Source: an uncultured virus (IMG/VR IMGVR_UViG_3300012954_000006)
Taxonomy: Duplodnaviria; Heunggongvirae; Uroviricota; Caudoviricetes
IMG/VR virus record: IMGVR_UViG_3300012954_000006
Strand: one strand, 5' to 3'
Length of the DNA stretch: 39,418 nt
Both the position numbers and the translations under genes were made by a program. Positions within the stretch are counted from its first letter, which is position 1. Every line of letters starts with the position of its first letter. Positions 9,393-18,121 of the stretch are shown one piece after another. Under the pieces are notes generated by a model, which saw only the letters and a list, made by a program, of their open reading frames with translations, made no database searches and was not told where the DNA came from.

Positions 9393-9728
9393 TTATTCTA
9401 CTGTATTGATTAGTTCTTCAATCGGTATGTCCAACGTTTTTGCTATCGTGACAACTTCCATTTGAATTTCTTTGATATTATTTTTAACAACCTCAAAGTG
9501 ATTGTCATTCTCAACGTTTGGCTCGGCTTTATGTTTTTCATGCAAGGCAAGCCAGTCATTATAAAAAGCTATTTTGTCTTGTAATTTTCGCCACAAAACA
9601 AACTTATCGAAACTGTTTCGTTGCTCTTCATATAAATCTCGTACCTTTTCTATATAGGTCTTTCGCTTTTCAGCGTTAGCACCCATTTGATACTTTAGAA
9701 TATCTATTTTCTCTTGAATATTTATCAT
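9393..9728 (-). CDS. Hypothetical coiled-coil protein
   Basis: Helical, charged ORF of ~111 aa. Confidence 0.7.
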   Translation of the reverse strand: MINIQEKIDILKYQMGANAEKRKTYIEKVRDLYEEQRNSFDKFVLWRKLQDKIAFYNDWLALHEKHKAEPNVENDNHFEVVKNNIKEIQMEVVTIAKTLDIPIEELINTVE

Positions 9729-9731
9729 CAA

Positions 9732-10856
9732 CTAATATATTTTAAATTGTTGTGCTTGTGCTGTTAAAAAATGAAGTTGCTTGTCTGTCTCTAATTGAGA
9801 CAATATATAGTTCCCAAGTATCTTTCCTATGGAATCATTAGAAGCAGTTTCAATATCAATATTATTATTACGCAACACCTGCAATGCTTGACTTGTCAAA
9901 ATTTCGTTATTGGGTTTTGGCTCGCTATATCGTGATGGCATACTCAATAAATTGTAATCAATATAAACAAAGCTACCCTCTATTTCAAAGTAGCTGTTAC
10001 TATCCATATTTATTAACGATGTTTCATAGCGATAGCTACCATCAAGGCTTAGCCGAATACAATTGCCACCTACAACTGACTTGCACTCATGGTATGCCAA
10101 ATTAGGAAACTGCCCTTGTAAAACTTTGTATATGGCATGAAAAATAGATGTTACCTTGAGTTCTTTTACAATATCCTCAATACTATTAGACAAAGGAATA
10201 CGCCTTCCCCAGCCTGTTTTTGAGCTATCAGAAAAGTTATTGTAAATAATGGTATCAGAATACGCACAAAAACGCAATTTCTTTCCATGCCCACAAGCAT
10301 AGGCTTGTGTTTCATCTATTGTATTATAATCTTCCAGCAGCACCAAAAAGCCATTATCTCTCAAAGCAGCAGTCAGTTGGCGGTGCTTGGGATAGTGTGC
10401 TTTATCAAAATTTTCATCATATCCATCTATATCTGCTTCAAATTCCAAAGGACTAAAGTTGTTGTTTTTTTGGTGGTAGCGATAAGTGTCCGTTCCTTGC
10501 CACCCATCATAAAGCAAGAAACGACTACCAACAGGTATGTTCTTTATCTTCTGCAATCGTCTAATCATTGCTTTTAGCGACACTCTTTCCTTCAATATAG
10601 GATATATTGTCACTTCATGGCTAGTAAATAGTGGATAACGGGTGGTTCTCTTGTCGGTATGCAAACAAGGTAATCCTTGATTGTACCTAAAACACTGCTC
10701 TGTTTGGCTGTAAAAAGCGTTTAATTCTTTACAATACTGTATGTCATAACCAAACACATTGATGTATTCTTGTTTTTCTAGTACAGCTTCCAAAAAATAC
10801 CTTTTAATCCGCTGTTGTCTAGGCAGTAAATATCCTATCTTTTTATTGTTACTCAT
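9732..10856 (-). CDS. Hypothetical protein
   Basis: 374 aa ORF. Confidence 0.8.
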   Translation of the reverse strand: MSNNKKIGYLLPRQQRIKRYFLEAVLEKQEYINVFGYDIQYCKELNAFYSQTEQCFRYNQGLPCLHTDKRTTRYPLFTSHEVTIYPILKERVSLKAMIRRLQKIKNIPVGSRFLLYDGWQGTDTYRYHQKNNNFSPLEFEADIDGYDENFDKAHYPKHRQLTAALRDNGFLVLLEDYNTIDETQAYACGHGKKLRFCAYSDTIIYNNFSDSSKTGWGRRIPLSNSIEDIVKELKVTSIFHAIYKVLQGQFPNLAYHECKSVVGGNCIRLSLDGSYRYETSLINMDSNSYFEIEGSFVYIDYNLLSMPSRYSEPKPNNEILTSQALQVLRNNNIDIETASNDSIGKILGNYILSQLETDKQLHFLTAQAQQFKIY

Positions 10857-11218
10857 TCTTCTACATCCTCAAAATCGACGTAATCAAAGTCATTGATACC
10901 ATTAAAGCCTCTTTTTAGTCGGTGCGATTGTGGTATAGTGGATTCTTTTTTGGGTACTTGAAAGTCGAACTTAGGTATTTTATGTAGATTATCCATCAAA
11001 GCTTGCAAAATTCTGTTATGTTCCACATACATATTTTCGCTAGTTAGGCGACCCATCATCATGTCATTTTCAGCACGTTTGTAACGTAATTGAAATAGGT
11101 TAAAAAAGCTTTTTAGCTTTTTGTCATTGGTGTGTCTCAAAGCTTTATCTATTTCCTCAAAAGCTTTATTTACTTCATTTGCTGAAATTAAATCTCTTAT
11201 ATACTGTTGAAATTCCAT
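10853..11218 (-). CDS. Stand-alone effector-associated domain (EAD11-like) protein
   Basis: IRDLISANEVNKAFEEI...FNLFQLRYKRAENDMMMGRLTSENMYVEHNRILQALMDNL matches the EAD11 pattern (LI..G..E.A.E.L...RY...E.....G.IS.E....E.NRI..ALL). Confidence 0.75.
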   Translation of the reverse strand: MEFQQYIRDLISANEVNKAFEEIDKALRHTNDKKLKSFFNLFQLRYKRAENDMMMGRLTSENMYVEHNRILQALMDNLHKIPKFDFQVPKKESTIPQSHRLKRGFNGINDFDYVDFEDVEE

Positions 11219-11222
11219 AAAT

Positions 11223-11792
11223 TTATTTTTTGATTTTTTTTATAATAAATGTTTCTACTTGTCGTAATACGCCATCTTTAAGGTGTAGAAATACCTTGCT
11301 ATGCAATAAAAAGTTTTTGTGGTGGCTGACAATCACTAAATAGTCTGTAGCTTTTTCTCGCTTGACATATTCTTTTACATAAAGCGATACAGGATTTTGC
11401 ACCAGTTCATTATTATAGAGTAACGTACCATCTTCGTCTGTAAGTGTTCCTAAGTAGTATTCAGATATAATCCTAAAGTCTAATTTTTGAAACCTTAGTT
11501 TGCCATTATAGCATACCACAAAGCCAAATACTTTTTGAGGATGATTAGCGTAGTTACTCAACTCTAACAATCCAAACAGCACCTCGTAAATGTAATCCCA
11601 ATTATACTGAAATAGCGGTGTGCCATATTTATCAAAAATATTATAGCTACTCCCTTGTTTATACCAATACCTGCCTATTTTGGCTTCTAATGGCAACTTT
11701 GTTCTATCAAAGGTTTGCACTAATGTCTGAAACCTTTTCTTTTTAAAGTGTCTTATAATACAATTCATGGCTAATAAATTAAGTCGGAACAA
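11223..11792 (-). CDS. Hypothetical protein
   Basis: 189 aa ORF, start uncertain. Confidence 0.65.
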   Translation of the reverse strand: MFRLNLLAMNCIIRHFKKKRFQTLVQTFDRTKLPLEAKIGRYWYKQGSSYNIFDKYGTPLFQYNWDYIYEVLFGLLELSNYANHPQKVFGFVVCYNGKLRFQKLDFRIISEYYLGTLTDEDGTLLYNNELVQNPVSLYVKEYVKREKATDYLVIVSHHKNFLLHSKVFLHLKDGVLRQVETFIIKKIKK

Positions 11793-12184
11793 TCCGATGG
11801 TTCTAACACGAGTAAGCAGTCAGGACATTGCAGTTGCTCTTGCTCTTGATTTATTTTGTGGAAAAAGACTCTGTCACAGTCCCCACAACAGACTACATTT
11901 ACGCCTGCCTTTTCTCTTATATCGTTAAGCAGTTCTAGCTGTTGAGTTTCTAATTGTAATTTTTGATATTTTTTTGTTTTCATTGTTTTTCCATTTACTG
12001 ATAATGTAACTATTGCTTGCAACGGTATTGCTTGGTTGGTTTTGCGTCTCTTTTGTAGCAAGAATTTCATGTCACCCAAAGACATTCCATCTAAATTAGC
12101 TATTTCATCCCACACTTGTTGCACCTCATCTATAGACATTTCATCAAGTATAGCTTTTAATTTTTTGGACAGTTCTGATTTCAT
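11771..12184 (-). CDS. Hypothetical protein with C-terminal zinc ribbon
   Basis: CGDC...CPDC pairs. Confidence 0.7.
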   Translation of the reverse strand: MKSELSKKLKAILDEMSIDEVQQVWDEIANLDGMSLGDMKFLLQKRRKTNQAIPLQAIVTLSVNGKTMKTKKYQKLQLETQQLELLNDIREKAGVNVVCCGDCDRVFFHKINQEQEQLQCPDCLLVLEPSDCSDLIY

Positions 12185-12732
12185 CGTAATATATATTTTA
12201 TTTTAAACAACACATCTTGAAACTCAATATTTGGACACCTGATAAGACAAGCATTACAACCGCAAAGCTGTAAATGTCGTACTTCAGGTTTAGTGAAGTC
12301 TTTAAAGCGTTTACCTTCAAAAGCTCGATAAAACAGCAAGTCTTTGAGTGCAAAATTACCTGTCGTAAAATCAAGCAAGCAACAAACCCATACGCCACTC
12401 TCAATAATATCAGAATACCCATAGCATTGTCGGATATATATAGTTGGTAATGATAAGTCTATTAACATAGACTCTATGGTTTGTATTTTTTGAAGCATCG
12501 ACCAACGACCATAATCTTCCCAAAGAGCGTTAGAAATCTGAAACGTTCCATCTTCTATATTCCCTAGCCCCCAACCTAATGTACCGTTATGCTTTTGGAC
12601 AGATAACTTAGATACGCATGGAAATGTATCTATTTTTCCTCTTTTTTCTAACAGCCACGTTGTTAGCGATTCTTTTGTTTCCCTAGCTAAAGCTCCATCT
12701 ATTTGTTGTTCTAGCTTATTTAAGTCTAACAT
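12181..12732 (-). CDS. Hypothetical protein
   Basis: Likely start MLDLNKLEQQIDGALARETKESLTTWL. Confidence 0.7.
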   Translation of the reverse strand: MLDLNKLEQQIDGALARETKESLTTWLLEKRGKIDTFPCVSKLSVQKHNGTLGWGLGNIEDGTFQISNALWEDYGRWSMLQKIQTIESMLIDLSLPTIYIRQCYGYSDIIESGVWVCCLLDFTTGNFALKDLLFYRAFEGKRFKDFTKPEVRHLQLCGCNACLIRCPNIEFQDVLFKIKYILR

Positions 12733-12830
12733 TGCTTTAATTTTAATCAACAGGTGCCATATTATTTCTTTTTTGAAACTTTATTTTTTTTAACGCTAGT
12801 TTACAACTAGCTATGCGTTTCATTACAACA

Positions 12831-13010
12831 TTAGCAATATTGCTTGTACATATCTATATGCTTGACTATAAAAACTGTTGCATTAGCTCCGTCACAAGCA
12901 CCTGACTGTGCATTTGTTGGGTTGTATAGCAATACCTTATATGTAAGGTCTGAAAAATAAGCAGTATCATTAACTATTATTTTTTGCCCTACTTCTCCAC
13001 AAAATGCCAT
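12831..13010 (-). CDS. Small hypothetical protein (59 aa)
   Basis: MAFCGEVGQKIIVND...KQYC, below ORF track cutoff, fills gap. Confidence 0.45.
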   Translation of the reverse strand: MAFCGEVGQKIIVNDTAYFSDLTYKVLLYNPTNAQSGACDGANATVFIVKHIDMYKQYC

Positions 13011-13042
13011 TGTTATTATTTAATAAGTTATGTAAAATAATC

Positions 13043-13759
13043 TTACTTTACCAAAGGAATATGTTGGTAGTTTTCAGACAAATAATAAGCTACTTGCTTT
13101 TTCCATGCGTCACTATACGGAGTATCTTGATAAGTGTCTTGATTAAAAGTTTCATCAAGACATGTGTTGCCCCGCCACAAACCAACCATTACCTTACCAT
13201 TTTCATAGATGTGGATAGTTGTTTCTACAAATCCTTTTGGACAATTATCCTTAAATGAAACATATTGCTTTACACGTTCATGATTCTTAACAGTTTCTGA
13301 TACATCAATCTTTGGCGACCTTCTATTTGGATAAAGTATATTACGGTCTTCATCATCGCCAAATTGCAAAATGAATATTCGCTTAATCTCCAATGTATCA
13401 TCTCTATCTCTGCCTTGTGCATACGCCATGACACTAGCTATTCCATGTAAAGCATTATACCCGCCATCATTATTTTTTGCTATCGCAAATCCATTGTTTA
13501 GCTGTATTGGTAGTGCATCAAAATTATTTTGCTCCCACTCATACAAAGCATTCATCAACGCTGTGGCACTAAGTACAGGTATAGCATTGACAAGCTTAAC
13601 AAAATCAGTAGCTATTTTTATGCTATAATGCTCTTTAAAAGACAGATACATTTTCTTTAGGCGTTCGTAATTTAGGTCAGACGTTGTCGCACCACGCCCA
13701 GAGTATGCCGCAGGTCTTGAAGACATACCTGTGTGAATTAAAATGTTATGTATGTTCAT
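13043..13759 (-). CDS. Hypothetical protein
   Basis: 238 aa ORF preceded by CGTATCTTTA motif (13776-13785). Confidence 0.8.
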   Translation of the reverse strand: MNIHNILIHTGMSSRPAAYSGRGATTSDLNYERLKKMYLSFKEHYSIKIATDFVKLVNAIPVLSATALMNALYEWEQNNFDALPIQLNNGFAIAKNNDGGYNALHGIASVMAYAQGRDRDDTLEIKRIFILQFGDDEDRNILYPNRRSPKIDVSETVKNHERVKQYVSFKDNCPKGFVETTIHIYENGKVMVGLWRGNTCLDETFNQDTYQDTPYSDAWKKQVAYYLSENYQHIPLVK

Positions 13760-13810
13760 TTTTGTATTATTATTTTAAAGATACGATTTTTATAATAAAA
13801 AATTATCAGT

Positions 13811-14017
13811 TTAATTATTTTTCTTTTCAAAAAAAGCAAGTAATTCGGCTCGAATAGTTATCACATTCCAAGAAAGCAGTAAAAATACTTGCTTGCTATT
13901 TAACAACTGCCATATAGGGCAAGTGCTTTGCCACACAGTAGCTGTTTGGCTATCATGCCATTCCCAAATGGTAACACTACCATCATCGGCTGTACTCTTT
14001 AGTGAAATTGAAATCAT
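13811..14017 (-). CDS. Small hypothetical protein
   Basis: 68 aa ORF with own intergenic region. Confidence 0.5.
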   Translation of the reverse strand: MISISLKSTADDGSVTIWEWHDSQTATVWQSTCPIWQLLNSKQVFLLLSWNVITIRAELLAFFEKKNN

Positions 14018-14094
14018 AACCTATTATTTATAGTTTCTGCAAAAAAAATAGTTTTTTCATGTTTTTCAAATTATTCAAGCCTTTTTTATAAATG

Positions 14095-14122
14095 AAAAAA
14101 GCACTCCCCAAAAGAGAGTGCT
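14095..14122 (-). terminator. Intrinsic terminator
   Basis: AGCACTCTC-TTTT-GGGGAGTGC-TTTTTT. Confidence 0.75.
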
Positions 14123-14155
14123 AAATATGACTTTGTCAGTATTGATGCCGTTGTA

Positions 14156-14902
14156 CTATTCTACATCTACATATAGCGATACCTTACCAACTTCAAAAAT
14201 AATGCTCATTACTGTGCAAGTGCCATGCACCACTTCTTTAACACCATCTTCATTGTATGTAGCCGAGCCTTCAAACTTGTTATCTACCTTATAGCCATAC
14301 TTAGCTATATAACCCTCATAAGTATCTATTAGCTGTTTTGCTATCTCTAAATTTGCTGCCCACTCTTCTACACAAGCTACCCAAATTTCATTGTTATTTC
14401 CTGAATCCTCTTCTAGTTCATGTCCTTTGTAGTTGTAAAAAACACTACCATCAATATCACATACCGTTTCCTTATGACTACCAACAGTTTCTGCTATCTC
14501 AATAGCTAATACTATTTCGCAATTATCGTAAACTAAATCTTCATCACTATTCATTTCTGCTTCATACTCTTCAATTGCATCTAATTGATTGCTAAAATAG
14601 TCTAAAATCTCATTACCAACCAATGTCGAACACGCATTATCATAATCAAACTCTTCTTTAAATTCCGCTCTGTACTCATTAGCCTCTTCTTGTAAGTTAC
14701 AATCAAAATGATTGACTTCAAAAAATATTGTTTGCAAATTATCATCATACAAGTGATTAGGAAAATAATCTCTCAAATTAAAGTATGCTCTTTTAGTATC
14801 TCCTACTAATGCTACATAAGAACAATCACTTCCATTGTCTTCAATGGTGTTAGCTACTCTTGCTAATACTTCTAACTCTACTGTTTCTGCTAAATAAGTC
14901 AT
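14156..14902 (-). CDS. Highly acidic hypothetical protein
   Basis: Hand count ~55 D/E vs ~14 K/R in 248 aa; monocistronic. Confidence 0.8.
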   Translation of the reverse strand: MTYLAETVELEVLARVANTIEDNGSDCSYVALVGDTKRAYFNLRDYFPNHLYDDNLQTIFFEVNHFDCNLQEEANEYRAEFKEEFDYDNACSTLVGNEILDYFSNQLDAIEEYEAEMNSDEDLVYDNCEIVLAIEIAETVGSHKETVCDIDGSVFYNYKGHELEEDSGNNNEIWVACVEEWAANLEIAKQLIDTYEGYIAKYGYKVDNKFEGSATYNEDGVKEVVHGTCTVMSIIFEVGKVSLYVDVE

Positions 14903-15070
14903 GTTGATTTGTTTTTATTTTATTGATAATAGCCTTTCTCTCAAAGGTCTGATGCAAATTTAAAGCGTTTTATTGGATTTTCCAAATATTTCATAATTTT
15001 TTGAGTATTTTTTTTTGATATTTATTTTACATTCTTTCATCCGTCATACATTACTCGCTGATTTTCAATA
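14903..15070 (-). promoter_or_regulatory. Duplicated promoter/leader cassette, copy 2
   Basis: TTTG-N20-TAAATTTG (14955-14986) then hairpin CCTTT-GAGAG-AAAGG. Confidence 0.85.
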
Positions 15071-15103
15071 AAAAAGGGCTAACTATTACAGTTAGCCCTT
15101 TTT
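15070..15103 (-). terminator. Intrinsic terminator
   Basis: AAAAAAGGGCTAACT-ATTAC-AGTTAGCCCTTTTT. Confidence 0.8.
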
Positions 15104-15106
15104 CTT

Positions 15107-15535
15107 TTATTTTAAAACCTTATTAATTAAAGTTTGTTCTCTTTTTAAGAGATTGCAGTTTTTAAGATTGCCTAATTCGCAATGTGTAGTAACAGCAGGA
15201 CAAGCGCCATTATAAATGATAAAGTCAATACTAGATATGGTTTTATCTAGCAATTCTAGATTGTAAGACGTGCCACCGCCAAAACCTCGTTCTTCAACTA
15301 AGGCATCTTTGCTATGCCCAACGATATTAATACTGTCTATGCCAGCACCGACACTAACCATTATCATCTTGCCACCATTATTATCTTCGCAATAACAAAT
15401 GTCAATACTATGGATTTTCGCAGGTACATTACAGTCATCATCTAACTGTCCATTAGATAAGGCTTTGGGTATGTTTATAAAAAACACACATAATAATAGG
15501 AACAGGAAACGGATGTTTTGTTTATTATTTTTCAT
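15107..15535 (-). CDS. Putative secreted Cys-rich protein
   Basis: Signal peptide MKNNKQNIRFLFLLLCVFFINIPKALS. Confidence 0.7.
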   Translation of the reverse strand: MKNNKQNIRFLFLLLCVFFINIPKALSNGQLDDDCNVPAKIHSIDICYCEDNNGGKMIMVSVGAGIDSINIVGHSKDALVEERGFGGGTSYNLELLDKTISSIDFIIYNGACPAVTTHCELGNLKNCNLLKREQTLINKVLK

Positions 15536-15610
15536 TTTATATATAATTATTGCTTATTTTGGGATTTTAACGGTAATAAGCGACCGTTATAAGTAAATAT
15601 TGTTATATTA

Positions 15611-16126
15611 TTAATATTCATACTCTGCTGCAATGCTGTCTTGTAGTAAATCATTTAAAAAATCCATCATCTCTGACGAATAGACAGTAATGATGTGATA
15701 ACTCATATCCTGAATATTATTAATTAAGGTAGTCCTAACATCATTCAGGTAGCATTCCTCATCTACTCCTGTGGGCAATTCAAATAATACCAAATAGCTA
15801 TCATTATCACAATAAGCATTACTCCAGTTGCTAAATATAGATTTTGCCGTTTCAAAGATTTCTTGATTATTCAATACCAAGCCTACGGCACGAATATCTA
15901 AATAGCTACTATATAGTACCTGCCAAGCAGGAATAAATGTTTGACTAACACGACATGACAAAACTGTGCCATGTGTAAGTGAATATCCTACATAATTAGT
16001 CGCTAATATTTCCGCTACTTTTTTACCAAAAATATTGTGGATAAATGGGTGAAGTGTTTGGGCAGCTATATTAAGCAGCCTAATAATATCGGGAAGTTCC
16101 ATTAATGGATTTACTACATTATTCAT
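15611..16126 (-). CDS. Hypothetical protein
   Basis: 171 aa ORF behind promoter. Confidence 0.75.
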   Translation of the reverse strand: MNNVVNPLMELPDIIRLLNIAAQTLHPFIHNIFGKKVAEILATNYVGYSLTHGTVLSCRVSQTFIPAWQVLYSSYLDIRAVGLVLNNQEIFETAKSIFSNWSNAYCDNDSYLVLFELPTGVDEECYLNDVRTTLINNIQDMSYHIITVYSSEMMDFLNDLLQDSIAAEYEY

Positions 16127-16201
16127 TGTATTTTTATTTTATTGATACTGCCTTCTTATAAGGCTTGGTGCAAAGATAGAGAACTTTTCATTTTTTTCAA
16201 A
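16127..16201 (-). promoter_or_regulatory. Promoter with leader hairpin (diverged cassette copy)
   Basis: TTTG-N19-TATCTTTG, hairpin GCCTT-ATAAG-AAGGC, same ATCAATAAAATAAAAA pre-start. Confidence 0.75.
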
Positions 16202-16209
16202 TTTTTTAC

Positions 16210-17187
16210 TTATTTTTCTGCATAAATAATTGCTTTCTCTTCAATAACACTTACCTCTTCAAAGTAAGCCTCAAAATATCCTAGCAACAAACCATTTAGT
16301 GACTCAAAGTAATTAATAATATCTTTATGCTCTACAAGAAGATTACAAGGATATTTGTATGCCTGCTGTTCTGTATATGCCCAGTCAATGATAGTTCCAT
16401 AAGCATAATACCTGTAAATACCTTCTAAAACGGTATGTGCTTTCTCTATATAATAGCTATTTCCATCTATCTTGCGTATTAATTTGCTAATATGGTTGTG
16501 AAAAAAACCATAATAACGATACAGCATAACCAAATAATGATGTGGGCTATTGTGTTTCTCCATAACCATACCACTAATCGTTCTGTGTGTTTGCTGCAAC
16601 CATATCGAATGTACTTTAAAAGGAGTCCAATCCTCTAATGGTATATGTGACTTGGAAGACTGCCACAATTGCAAAGGTGTAGGTCGTTTTGGTATTAACG
16701 GTGTCTCTATCTGAAAGGGATTATTTCGGCTTTGACTCCACAGCCTTTTTATTATACCATGCTCACTAGAGTCAAAGTCTGCTAATATTGCTTTTAATTC
16801 GGTATATTTTTTGTAGAAAAAATAGGTAGCGATACCTTGATTATTTGCTATGCTTATCATAGGAGCAAGCTTTTTATCGCTCTCGTCTTCTTGTGTGACC
16901 ATACCCAACATATCTAATCTTGTGAGTAAACAAATTTCAAGTGGCAAATCACTAATTTTGTTATAGCTCAAATTCAATAGCTGCAACTGCTTTAAATTGC
17001 CTATCTTACGAGATATGGTTTTAATACGGTTGTGCGAAAGGTCTAACTCTAATAGGTGGTGGCACTCATATACAATCTCTGGCACGCTTTTAAAGTTGCA
17101 ATTAGGCAATACAATACCTGTTATCCCTAAAGGGTCTCCACCATACAATAACTCTTTAAGTTGTTGCTTTGATGTAATGTATGTCAT
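16210..17187 (-). CDS. LRR protein with degenerate Roc-GTPase-like C-terminal region
   Basis: LLELDLSHNRIKTI, LQLLNLSYNKISDLP repeats (clear); APMISIANNQGIATYF / ELKAILADFDSSEHGIIKRL / KVHSIWLQQ resemble the Roco linker, G1 and G3 positions (tentative). Confidence 0.7.
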   Translation of the reverse strand: MTYITSKQQLKELLYGGDPLGITGIVLPNCNFKSVPEIVYECHHLLELDLSHNRIKTISRKIGNLKQLQLLNLSYNKISDLPLEICLLTRLDMLGMVTQEDESDKKLAPMISIANNQGIATYFFYKKYTELKAILADFDSSEHGIIKRLWSQSRNNPFQIETPLIPKRPTPLQLWQSSKSHIPLEDWTPFKVHSIWLQQTHRTISGMVMEKHNSPHHYLVMLYRYYGFFHNHISKLIRKIDGNSYYIEKAHTVLEGIYRYYAYGTIIDWAYTEQQAYKYPCNLLVEHKDIINYFESLNGLLLGYFEAYFEEVSVIEEKAIIYAEK

Positions 17188-17196
17188 ACGATGAGT

Positions 17197-17892
17197 TTAA
17201 AATAATGCGATTTGGTTGGCTTGTAAATGATAGAGATAGTTAGACCAGATACAAGTATGATGACTTTGGCTACGCTGCCCTTTCGCTGTCAAAAGTCGCT
17301 GAAAAGGAAGCCAAGTCGCTTTGTTGTTTTCACACACCAACACCTGTCCTTTGCGTTCCTGACACCACCTAGCAAGCTGACGATAATGAATATGCTGATA
17401 AATATGAGTAGTCCTTGTATGTTGGTAAGGAGCGTCAATAAACCATGTAGCAGTAACATCTGGAGCTTTGCGGTAGTCACCTTGTATAACCTTCCAATGT
17501 CTAATTTTAAATAAGCTTTCTGCTATACTTACCTTCTTGTACTCCCAGTAATCTGCCATACCCTTATATGTGCCTGCTGTCATGGCTGGCTTAGGAGTGC
17601 CTCTGTTAGCACAAAAACGCACCAAATTAGCGGCTGGCGTACATAGTTCTGGTAATAGCAATTTTTGAGCAGGGGCGATAGGTGGTAAGCTTAAAATGTC
17701 CTTCTTGGATGCTTGTATAAGGTACTTCCAAATATCCGTAATTACTTTATACCTGTCTATCAAAGTAATGTCTCTATCAAAATACAACAAAGCATACCTC
17801 GCACTGCCCGCAAAGGGTTCTACAATAGTGTCAAAAAGAGGGCGTGGAAAACTTTTAATATACCTGCTTTGGGAAGTATAATAACTAAACAT
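17197..17892 (-). CDS. DNA adenine methyltransferase (Dam/D12-like), motif variant
   Basis: EPFAGSA SAM-binding motif; FIDAPY in place of DPPY; FSYYTSQ in place of YxGxK. Confidence 0.8.
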   Translation of the reverse strand: MFSYYTSQSRYIKSFPRPLFDTIVEPFAGSARYALLYFDRDITLIDRYKVITDIWKYLIQASKKDILSLPPIAPAQKLLLPELCTPAANLVRFCANRGTPKPAMTAGTYKGMADYWEYKKVSIAESLFKIRHWKVIQGDYRKAPDVTATWFIDAPYQHTRTTHIYQHIHYRQLARWCQERKGQVLVCENNKATWLPFQRLLTAKGQRSQSHHTCIWSNYLYHLQANQIALF

Positions 17893-17967
17893 AGCCTATT
17901 ATTTTATAGTGGGTTTTACACTTCGTTTATAAAAAGTGCTTTTTGCTAAGGCAATAGATAGGTGTGC

Positions 17968-18075
17968 TTATGCTGTGATTTCATTTTTTGGCACAACACT
18001 TTTTTTCTTCTTCTTTTTCTTCTTCTTTTTTTCGTGGTGCTTGACTTCTAGTGTCAGATTAATACGATACTCCAT
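17968..18075 (-). CDS. Small Lys-rich peptide
   Basis: MEYRINLTLEVKHHE-K11-SVVPKNEITA. Confidence 0.35.
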   Translation of the reverse strand: MEYRINLTLEVKHHEKKKKKKKKKKSVVPKNEITA

Positions 18076-18121
18076 CAATTGTGTTTTTATGAATGAACGA
18101 TGTAATATATTATTTTTATAT

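Noticed and set aside
12791..12835. attC-like hairpin (TAAC-GCTAGTT/AACTAGC); similar one at 15567-15590
   Set aside because: Short stems, the two are not similar in sequence, and the box structure is not convincing.
17999..18033. Poly-Lys (AAG/AAA) tract as a functional repeat
   Set aside because: Low complexity in an AT-rich genome; ORF status uncertain.
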